In this document: positions 28,462-35,724 of the stretch, one piece after another
Layout: each line of letters opens with the position of its first letter
Position numbering within the stretch: the stretch's first letter is position 1
From: Candidatus Methylomirabilia bacterium
GTDB lineage: Bacteria > Methylomirabilota > Methylomirabilia > Rokubacteriales > CSP1-6
NCBI GenBank assembly: GCA_041497115.1
Contig: JBGQFW010000003.1
Coordinates: forward strand, 15,120 to 79,119
Direction: 5' to 3'
DNA length: 64,000 bases
Program-made: the position numbers and the translations under genes
Notes under the pieces: generated by a model
Databases searched by the model: none
The model's input: the letters and a program-made list of their open reading frames with translations, nothing else
What the model was told of the DNA's origin: nothing

Positions 28462-29154
28462 ATGCCGCGCGAGAGCCGTGTCCGCTGCTTCTGGGCCCGC
28501 GATCCGCTCGACGTCGTCTATCACGATCGCGAGTGGGGCGTGCCTGTCCGCGACGACCGCCGCCTCTTCGAGTTCCTCCTGCTCGAGGGCGCCCAGGCGG
28601 GGCTGTCGTGGATCACCATCTTGAAGAAGCGCGACGCCTACCGCCGCGCGTTCGCGGGCTTCGACCCGCGACGGGTCGCGCGCTTCGGCCGCGGCGACGC
28701 GCGCCGGCTGCTCGGCGACGCCGGGATCGTGCGCAACCGCGCCAAGGTCGCCGCCGCCGTCGGCAACGCGCGCGCGTTCCTGGCGGTGGCCGCCGCGCAC
28801 GGCTCGTTCGCGGCGTACCTGTGGGCCTTCGTGGACGGCCGGCCGCTGCAGGGCCGGCGGCGGACGCGGCGCGATGTGCCGGCCGAGACCGAGCGCTCGC
28901 GCGCGCTCAGTGACGACCTGCGGCGCCGCGGCTTCCGGTTCGTGGGCCCGACGATCTGCTACGCGTTCATGCAGGCGGTGGGGCTCGTCAACGACCACAC
29001 GGTGGACTGCTTCCGCTACCGGCCGGTGGCTCGCCTCGGCGGCGGCGGCCAGCGGGCGAGGTCGTCGAGCAGCGCGCGCGCGATGAGGCGGCCGCGCAGC
29101 GCCAGCGCGCGGCGGCCGGTCGCCGCCCGCGCCGCCGCCGGCCAGCCGAAGTAG
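28462..29154 (+). CDS. tag: DNA-3-methyladenine glycosylase I
   Basis: DPLDVVYHDREWGVPVRDDRRLFEFLLLEGAQAGLSWITILKKRDAYRRAF...VNDHTVDCF Tag signature. The reading frame continues about 45 low-complexity codons past the conserved end. Confidence 0.8.
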   Translation: MPRESRVRCFWARDPLDVVYHDREWGVPVRDDRRLFEFLLLEGAQAGLSWITILKKRDAYRRAFAGFDPRRVARFGRGDARRLLGDAGIVRNRAKVAAAVGNARAFLAVAAAHGSFAAYLWAFVDGRPLQGRRRTRRDVPAETERSRALSDDLRRRGFRFVGPTICYAFMQAVGLVNDHTVDCFRYRPVARLGGGGQRARSSSSARAMRRPRSASARRPVAARAAAGQPK

Positions 29155-29831
29155 CCGCGCCCTCCCGGCGCGATCCGCTCGAAGGTCCGCGCCCCGCGCG
29201 CGAGCGCCGCCGCCCAGTCCACCCACGCCGGCGGCAGCCGCCGCGCCTGCGCGCGTCGCACCAGCCGCGGCGCCACCGCGAGCATCATCGCGGTCTCCAG
29301 CTCGCCGGCGTGCCACTCGCCGTGGGGCCGCGGGCTGCGCATGAGTGCCCGCACCCGCGGGTCGAGCATCGGGTTGGGCCGGCCGTCGGGCGGCGCGAAG
29401 CCGGCCACCAGCACCTGCACGCGCGTGCGGCCGAGCGCGCGCCGCGCGCGGGCGATCGCGGCGAGGTGACCGGGATCGGCCTGGTAGTTGGTCAGCACGA
29501 AGCGGCGGAAGCCGTGGCGCGCCAGCCCGCGCACGATCTCGACGACGACGCGGCTGGTGGTGGCCGGCGACAGCGAGACGGTGCCGCTCCACGCCGCCGC
29601 CAGCGGGCTCGCGCCGTAGGGGAGCGAGGGCGCCAGCACCGGGCGCCAGCCCGCGCGGGTCAGGTGCGGCGCGACCGCGCGTGCCAGCGCCTCGGCGCCG
29701 AGCCAGTCCACCGACAGCGGCAGGTGCGGCCCGTGCTGCTCGACCGCGCCCAGCGGCAGCAGCACCACGCTGCGCGCGCTGCGCGCCCGCCGTCGCGCCT
29801 CGGGCCAGGTGAGATCGGCCAGCCGGATCAT
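29016..29831 (-). CDS. creatininase family protein (creatinine amidohydrolase fold)
   Basis: VVLLPLGAVEQHGPHLPLSVD...GHAGELETAMMLA motifs. Its 3' end overlaps the tag 3' end. Confidence 0.8.
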   Translation of the reverse strand: MIRLADLTWPEARRRARSARSVVLLPLGAVEQHGPHLPLSVDWLGAEALARAVAPHLTRAGWRPVLAPSLPYGASPLAAAWSGTVSLSPATTSRVVVEIVRGLARHGFRRFVLTNYQADPGHLAAIARARRALGRTRVQVLVAGFAPPDGRPNPMLDPRVRALMRSPRPHGEWHAGELETAMMLAVAPRLVRRAQARRLPPAWVDWAAALARGARTFERIAPGGRGYFGWPAAARAATGRRALALRGRLIARALLDDLARWPPPPRRATGR

Positions 29832-29878
29832 GCCGCGAGCATACCAGTGCTACACTGCGCGCCATCGGGAGGCCGGAC

Positions 29879-30910
29879 ATGCGCATCGGCATCATCGGCG
29901 CGGGCGCGATCGGGTGCGTGGTGGGCGGGATGCTGACGAAGGCGGGACGCGACGTCACGCTGATCGACCAGTGGCCCGAGCACGTCGAGACGATGAAGCG
30001 GCAGGGGCTGCGGCTGTCCGGCACCTGCGGTGACCACACCGTGCGCGTGAAGGCCATCCACGTCCACGAGCTGCAGCTCGTCACGGTGCCGTTCGACGCG
30101 GTGTTCATCGCGGTCAAGTCCTACGACACCGAGTGGGCGACCGCGCTGGCGCTGGGCTACCTGGCGCGCCCCGACGGCGTCGTGGTGGACTTCCAGAACG
30201 GCGTCAACGACGAGCGGGTGGCGGCGGTGGCCGGCCGCGAGCGGACGCTCGGCTGCGTGATCACGATCGGCGCCGGGATGTACGAGCCCGGCCACGCGAT
30301 GCGCACCGACAGCCAGACGATCGGCTTCAAGATCGGCGAGCTGGACGGCCGCGAGACCGACCGCGCGCGACGGCTGGCCGAGGTCGTCAGCGACGTGGCC
30401 AAGGCGGTGGTCACGCCCAACCTCTTCGGCGAGCGCTGGTCGAAGCTGACCGTGAACTGCATGGCCAACCCGCTGGCCGGGCTGAGCGGCCTCGGCTCCG
30501 CCGAGATCCGCAGCGAGCCGGGGCCGGCGCGCGTCGCGGTGCAGGTGGCGGCCGAGGCGATCACGGTCGGCCGCCGGTGCGGCCACGAGGTCGAGCCGAT
30601 CTACGGCATCGACACGCAGCGCTTCGTGGACGGCGCCGCCGGGCGCGACCTCGACCGGCTGCTCGCCGACATGGCGGCGGGCGCCAAGAAGCTCGCCGGC
30701 GGGCGCCCCTCGATGCTCCAGGACGTGATGCGGGGCCGCCGCACCGAGATCGACTATCTCAACGGCTACGTGGTGGATCAGGGGCGCCGCGTCGGCGTCG
30801 CGACGCCGTTCAACGAGACGGTGGTGCGCCTCGTCCACGAGCACGGCGTGGGCACGCTCAGGCCCGACCCGAAGAACCTCGAGCCGCTGCTGCGGATGCT
30901 CCCGCGCTGA
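29879..30910 (+). CDS. panE: 2-dehydropantoate 2-reductase (ketopantoate reductase family)
   Basis: MRIGIIGAGAIGCVVGGMLTKAGRDVTLI Rossmann N-terminus plus the ApbA C-terminal domain. The SD GGGAGG lies upstream. Confidence 0.8.
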   Translation: MRIGIIGAGAIGCVVGGMLTKAGRDVTLIDQWPEHVETMKRQGLRLSGTCGDHTVRVKAIHVHELQLVTVPFDAVFIAVKSYDTEWATALALGYLARPDGVVVDFQNGVNDERVAAVAGRERTLGCVITIGAGMYEPGHAMRTDSQTIGFKIGELDGRETDRARRLAEVVSDVAKAVVTPNLFGERWSKLTVNCMANPLAGLSGLGSAEIRSEPGPARVAVQVAAEAITVGRRCGHEVEPIYGIDTQRFVDGAAGRDLDRLLADMAAGAKKLAGGRPSMLQDVMRGRRTEIDYLNGYVVDQGRRVGVATPFNETVVRLVHEHGVGTLRPDPKNLEPLLRMLPR

Positions 30911-32156
30911 CGGTACCAGGCGGCCGCGCGACGAGCGCCACCAGCGCGCCGGCGGCGAACGAGGCGGCGAAGATCGCGAAGGCCAGCCGGTAGTTCCCGG
31001 TGGCGTCGTAGAGGACGCCGCCCACCACGGGCCCGGCCGCCGCCGCCAGGTGGCGGAAGGGCGAGGCGATCCCGCGGATCGCCCCCTGCGCCCGCCGCCC
31101 GAAGTAATCCGCCCACGCTAGGCTCGTCACGAACGACTGGGCGCCGCGCGTGAGGCCGTAGACGGTGGCGAACGCCACCAGCCACACCGGCGACGCCGAG
31201 CCGGCGAGCAGCAGCAGCACGCCAACCGCCCCGCCCGCGTAGCACCCCGCGATGCAGAAGCGCACGTGCACCCGCTCGGCGATGAGCCCCCACAGCGGCT
31301 TGGCGACGGTGTGCAGCGTGTAGAGGTACGTGACCAGCGAGGCGGCCAGCGCGGGCGACAGGCCGCGGTCGGTGACGTAGGAGAACAGGTGGAGGTTGAC
31401 GCCGAAGAAGCCGAGGCCGGCGAGGTTGGTGCTGACGATCAGCAGCCAGAAGGCCGGGGTGCGCGCCGCCTGGCGTGCGCCCAGCGAGACCTCCACGGCG
31501 GCCGCGCCCGCCGCCGCGTCGCCCCGCGCGCCGCGCGCGTCGCCGTCGGGGACCAGGCCGTGGTCCTCGGGGGCGCGGCGCATCACCGCGGTCGCCGCCA
31601 GCCCGAGCACGAGCGTGAGGGCGCCCAGCGCCAGCCACGCGGCGCGCCAGCCGGCGTGGCCGATGGCAAGGGCGACCGGCAGCGGCAGGACGATGCCCGC
31701 GGTCGAGAGGCCCATCGTGGAGACGGCGAGCGCGCGGCCGCGCTGGCGCACGAACCAGCGCGCGACCGTCGTGTCGCCGGTCAGCTCCCCGAGCGCGACG
31801 CTGCCGAACGCCATCACGACGCCGTAGCCGAGCATCACGTGCCAGGCGCTGTGGGCGGCGGCCAGCACCACCGCGCCGCCGGCCAGGCTCAGCACGCCGA
31901 GCCCCATCACGAGGCGCGGCCCGCGGCGATCCACGACCGGCCCCACCAGCGGCGAGAGCGCCGCCGACACGAGGCGCGCCGCCGCCGCGGTGGAGGCGAG
32001 CACCCCGCGCCCGAGGTGCAGCGCGTCGGCCATGAACGGAAAGAAGACGCCGAAGGCCACCGTGAGCACGCCGTAGGAGAGCAGGTGCGAGACGAACGCG
32101 CCGGCGACGACGACCCAGCCGTAGAACACCCGGGGATGGTAGCATCGGGCCGTCAT
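30858..32156 (-). CDS. MFS transporter
   Basis: Twelve predicted TM segments. The start may instead be the downstream GTG (VFYGWVVVAG). Confidence 0.8.
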   Translation of the reverse strand: MTARCYHPRVFYGWVVVAGAFVSHLLSYGVLTVAFGVFFPFMADALHLGRGVLASTAAAARLVSAALSPLVGPVVDRRGPRLVMGLGVLSLAGGAVVLAAAHSAWHVMLGYGVVMAFGSVALGELTGDTTVARWFVRQRGRALAVSTMGLSTAGIVLPLPVALAIGHAGWRAAWLALGALTLVLGLAATAVMRRAPEDHGLVPDGDARGARGDAAAGAAAVEVSLGARQAARTPAFWLLIVSTNLAGLGFFGVNLHLFSYVTDRGLSPALAASLVTYLYTLHTVAKPLWGLIAERVHVRFCIAGCYAGGAVGVLLLLAGSASPVWLVAFATVYGLTRGAQSFVTSLAWADYFGRRAQGAIRGIASPFRHLAAAAGPVVGGVLYDATGNYRLAFAIFAASFAAGALVALVARPPGTVSAGASAAAARGSSGRA

Positions 32157-32168
32157 CGGGAGGGACGC

Positions 32169-32396
32169 ATGCCAGTCGAGATCAAGCGCTGCTTCATCTG
32201 AGCGGACCTGCGCCGCGAGGCCGTGCGCCTCGCCGACGAGATCGGCCGCGCGACGGGGACCCGGCCGCGCATCCGCATGGGCGGCATCGGCGCCCTCGAC
32301 GTCGTCGTGGACGGCCGGGTGGTGTTCTCCAAGAAGACCGAGGGGCGCATCCCGCCGCCCGGCGAGATCGTGAGCCGCGTGACGGGGGCGCGATGA
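32169..32396 (+). CDS. SelW/Rdx-family selenoprotein (in-frame TGA at 32199-32201 read as Sec)
   Basis: MPVEIKRCFI-U-ADLRREAVRLADEIGRATGTRPRIRMGGIGALDVVVDGRVVFSKKTEGRIPPPGEIVSRVTGAR. It has the C-x-x-U redox motif and an Rdx C-terminal pattern (vvVDGrvVfSKk..GrfP...ei). GC3 is continuous across the TGA. SD AGGGA precedes it. A hairpin GCGAGGC-cgugc-GCCUCGC lies 13 nt 3' of the UGA. The stop overlaps the next gene (ATGA). Confidence 0.6.
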
Positions 32397-33256
32397 CGTT
32401 CACGTTCGGCGACGTCACCATCACGCGCGTGATCGAGATCCCGCGCTCGGCCTATCCGACCGCCAGCATGCTGCCCGAGTCCACGCCGGAGGCGATCGCG
32501 CGCCACCACGGCTGGCTCCGGCCCGACTTCTTCGACGAGTCCACCGGCGATCTCGGCTCGCGCATCCAGACGTGGGTGGTGCGGATGCCGGGGCGCACGA
32601 TCCTCATCGACACCGGCGTCGGCAACGGCAAGGACCGCCACGAGTCGCCCCTCTGGCACCGGCGCGCGGGCACGTGGCTCGACGACCTCGCCGCCGCCGG
32701 TGTGCGCCCCGAGCAGGTGGACACGGTCGTGTGCACGCACCTGCACGTGGACCACGTGGGCTGGAACACGCGCCGCGACGGCGAGCGCTGGGTGCCGACG
32801 TTCCCCCGCGCGCGCTACGTGATCCCCGGCGAGGAGTGGCAGTTCTGGAAGTGGGAGAGCGAGCAGGGGCGCGAGACGTCGGGATGCATCGCCGACAGCG
32901 TGACGCCGATCGTCGAGGCGGGGCGGGCGGCGCTGGTGAGCGACGATCACGAGATCGCCCCCGGCCTGCGCTTCGAGCCGGCGCCCGGCCACACGCCCGG
33001 CCACGTCGCGGTGCGGCTGCGCACGCCGGCCGGCCAGGCGGTGTTCTCCGGCGACCTCATGCACCGCACGGTGCAGGTGGCCGAGCCGCAGTGGAACAGC
33101 CGCTTCTGCCACGACGGCGACCGCGCGCGCAAGACGCGCGAGGCCTTCGTCGAGGCGCACGCCGACAGCGGCGTGCTGATCCTGCCCGCCCACTTCCCGC
33201 GCCCCGGCTACATCGTCCGCGCCGACGGCGGCCTTCGCTTCCGGGCCGCCGCCTAG
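32393..33256 (+). CDS. MBL-fold metallo-hydrolase
   Basis: TILIDTGVG...VVCTHLHVDHVGW (HxHxDH) and PGHTPGH motifs. Confidence 0.85.
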   Translation: MTFTFGDVTITRVIEIPRSAYPTASMLPESTPEAIARHHGWLRPDFFDESTGDLGSRIQTWVVRMPGRTILIDTGVGNGKDRHESPLWHRRAGTWLDDLAAAGVRPEQVDTVVCTHLHVDHVGWNTRRDGERWVPTFPRARYVIPGEEWQFWKWESEQGRETSGCIADSVTPIVEAGRAALVSDDHEIAPGLRFEPAPGHTPGHVAVRLRTPAGQAVFSGDLMHRTVQVAEPQWNSRFCHDGDRARKTREAFVEAHADSGVLILPAHFPRPGYIVRADGGLRFRAAA

Positions 33257-34680
33257 AGGGCCGGCCGCCGGCCGATCCAGGGACGAGCGGCCTCGAGCTG
33301 GGCGGCCAGGCGGAAGAGCGTCGCCTCGTCGCCGTAGCGCGCCGCGCACTGCACGGCCACCGGCAACCCCTCCGCGCTCTGCCCGAGCGGCAGCATCATC
33401 GCCGGCTGCCCGCTGAGGTTGAACCACACCGTGAACGGCGAGAAGGCGAACACCCGGCGCCAGTACTCGTCCACGTCGTCGAGCATCATGTCGATCCAGC
33501 CGAGCTTCGGCGGGACCGTCGCCAGCCCCGGCGTGAGCAGCACGTCCCAGCGCGCGTGGAAGGCGGCGAGCTGGCGGCCGAGCCGGTGGGCCGCCTGGGT
33601 CGCCCGCACGTAGTCGGCGGCGGTGACGGCCTCGCCCTTCTTCGCCGTCGCCCACGTCACCCGCTCGACCTCGTCGGCCCGCGGCGGGCGCCCGGCGGTG
33701 GGATGGCCGGCGAGGTTCACGACGGTGTTGGCGGTGACCAGCGTGAGAAACGTCGGGACGACGGCCGCGCCGTCCACCGCCGGGTCGGCCTCCTCGACGA
33801 GGTGGCCGAGGTCCGCGCAGAGCCGCGCCGTCTCGCGCAGCACGCGCAGCGGCTCGGCGTCCACCGCCGCGCCGTTCGGCGCGGCGGCCGTCCACGCGAT
33901 GCGCAGCCGGCCGGGCGGCGCGCCGACCTCGGCGAGGAACGGGCGCGCCGGCGCCGGCGCCGCGTAGGGATCGCCGGGGCCGGCGCCGGCGGTGGCGTCG
34001 AGCAGCGCCGCCGAGTCGCGCACCGACAGCGTCACCGCGTGCTCGACCGAGCAGCCCCCCAGCCCCTCGCCGGCGTAGGGCGCCATCGTGTTGCGCCCGC
34101 GCGTGGGCTTGAGGCCGACGAGGCCGCAGCACGCGGCCGGCGCGCGGATCGAGCCGAAGCCGTCGGTGGCGTGGGCCATCGGCAGCATGCGCGCGCCGAC
34201 GGCGGCGGCGGCGCCGCCGCTGGAGCCGCCGGAGATGCGCGTGGGGTCCCACGGGTTGCGCGTCGGGCCGTGCAGCTGCGGCTCGCAGGTGAGGCTCAGC
34301 CCCAGCTCGCACGTGTTGGTGCGGCCGAAGATCACCAGGCCGGCGCGCCGGAGCCGCGCCACGTGCTCGCTGTCGGCGGCGGGCGGCGGCGCGTCCGCGA
34401 AGAAGCGGCTGCTGCGCGTCATCCGCACGCCGGCGATCGACGCGGTGAGGTCCTTCATGAGGAACGGCACGCCTGCGAGCGGGCCGTCGGGCAGCCCCCG
34501 GGCGAGCGTCTGGCGGGCCAGATCGTAGAGCGGCATCGTCACCGCGTTCACGGCGCCGTTGCGCGCCTCCACCCGCGCGATGGCCGCCTCCAGCAGCTCG
34601 GCCGGCGAGACCCGGCCCTGCCGCACCAGCCCGGCGAGGCCGAGCGCGTCGTACGCCTCGTAGTCCGCGAATCCTCTCAT
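33253..34680 (-). CDS. amidase (amidase-signature family), second copy
   Basis: GGSSGGAAAAVGA and TDGFGSIRAPAACCG motifs. SD GGAGAGGA precedes the internal ATG at 34680; everything upstream in ORF 33253..35580 is antisense. Confidence 0.9.
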   Translation of the reverse strand: MRGFADYEAYDALGLAGLVRQGRVSPAELLEAAIARVEARNGAVNAVTMPLYDLARQTLARGLPDGPLAGVPFLMKDLTASIAGVRMTRSSRFFADAPPPAADSEHVARLRRAGLVIFGRTNTCELGLSLTCEPQLHGPTRNPWDPTRISGGSSGGAAAAVGARMLPMAHATDGFGSIRAPAACCGLVGLKPTRGRNTMAPYAGEGLGGCSVEHAVTLSVRDSAALLDATAGAGPGDPYAAPAPARPFLAEVGAPPGRLRIAWTAAAPNGAAVDAEPLRVLRETARLCADLGHLVEEADPAVDGAAVVPTFLTLVTANTVVNLAGHPTAGRPPRADEVERVTWATAKKGEAVTAADYVRATQAAHRLGRQLAAFHARWDVLLTPGLATVPPKLGWIDMMLDDVDEYWRRVFAFSPFTVWFNLSGQPAMMLPLGQSAEGLPVAVQCAARYGDEATLFRLAAQLEAARPWIGRRPAL

Positions 34681-35207
34681 GACGTCCTCTCCGTGATCAG
34701 GTAGGCGGGCACCGCCAGCGCCGCGAACAGCAGCCCCGGCGCGACGTCGCCCTCGTCGTACCACCCCGCCTCGTGCAGCAGGTTGACGGTGCCGAGCACG
34801 CGATCGTCCCATACCACCGGCAGGTTCAGCACCGCGCCGCAGCCGAGCGAGGCGATCAGCGCGTGGTCGAAGAACACCGCCTGCACCTCGGCGGGCGTGC
34901 GGCCGAGGTAGGGCTGCCGCCGGCGCAGCACCTGCTCGCTCCACGCCGTCGGGTTCAGCGGCTTGCGGCCGCCGACGGGGTACGCGCGCGGGTGCGTCGT
35001 GTAGACGCGCTCGGACTCGCCCGACCGCTCGTGGTAGCGCATCAGCGTGAAGAGCCGGTGGCCGACCACCGCGCCCAGCGCGGCGTCGAGCGCACCGAAG
35101 AGCGGTGCCGGCTGGCCGGGCAGCGTGGCCACCGCCGCCACGGCGGCGAGGTGCGGCGCGGGATCGACGCGCGGGCGACGGCTCACGACGCCGGGAGACG
35201 CTATCAT
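34677..35207 (-). CDS. GAF domain-containing protein
   Basis: GAF-like C-terminus (VLGTVNLLHEAGWYDEGDVAPGLLFAALAVPAYL). The start is taken at the internal ATG. Confidence 0.6.
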   Translation of the reverse strand: MIASPGVVSRRPRVDPAPHLAAVAAVATLPGQPAPLFGALDAALGAVVGHRLFTLMRYHERSGESERVYTTHPRAYPVGGRKPLNPTAWSEQVLRRRQPYLGRTPAEVQAVFFDHALIASLGCGAVLNLPVVWDDRVLGTVNLLHEAGWYDEGDVAPGLLFAALAVPAYLITERTS

Positions 35208-35244
35208 AGGTCGCCATGAGCACGCCTCCCCGCGCGGGCCGCCT

Positions 35245-35724
35245 CTGACCGCGCGCGTCCGCCTGACCGTCAACGGGGCCGCCATCGAGTGCGACGTGGA
35301 GGCGCGCCGCTCGCTCGCCGACTTCCTGCGCGAGGACCTCGGGCTCACCGGCACCCACGTCGGCTGCGAGCACGGCGTGTGCGGCGCCTGCACCGTGCTG
35401 GTGGACGGCTGGAGCGCGCGCGCGTGCCTGCTGCTGGCCGTGCAGTGCGAGGGGGCCGCGGTGACGACGATCGAGGGGCTGACGCCGGCCGCCGGCCTCA
35501 GCCCGCTGCAGGAGGCGTTCCGCGCCTGCCACGGTCTGCAGTGCGGCTTCTGCACGCCGGGCATGATCGTCGTCTCCCACGAGCTGCTCGCGCAGAATCC
35601 CGCGCCCACGCCCGAGGAGATCCGCGCGGCGCTCGCCGCGAACCTGTGCATGTGCACCGGCTACGTCAACATCGTCCGCGCGGTGACGCGGGCCGCGCAG
35701 GCCGCGCGCGGGGCGGGCGCGTGA
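35245..35724 (+). CDS. (2Fe-2S)-binding small subunit of a molybdopterin oxidoreductase (CoxS/IorA-like)
   Basis: RVRLTVNGAAIECDVEARRSLADFLREDLGLTGTHVGCEHGVCGACTVLVDG...CGFCTPGMIV. There is no canonical in-frame start near the conserved N-terminus, so the 5' coordinate is approximate. Confidence 0.75.
   Translation: MTARVRLTVNGAAIECDVEARRSLADFLREDLGLTGTHVGCEHGVCGACTVLVDGWSARACLLLAVQCEGAAVTTIEGLTPAAGLSPLQEAFRACHGLQCGFCTPGMIVVSHELLAQNPAPTPEEIRAALAANLCMCTGYVNIVRAVTRAAQAARGAGA

Noticed and set aside
26823-30117. overlapping 546-aa and 843-aa minus ORFs spanning the hydrolase, tag and creatininase region
   Set aside because: Extreme R/A/G/P composition. They are antisense to well-supported plus-strand genes.
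32153-34312. 719-aa minus ORF over the MBL and amidase region
   Set aside because: Arg/Ala/Gly-rich low-complexity frame. The MBL gene (plus) and the amidase (other minus frame) explain the DNA.
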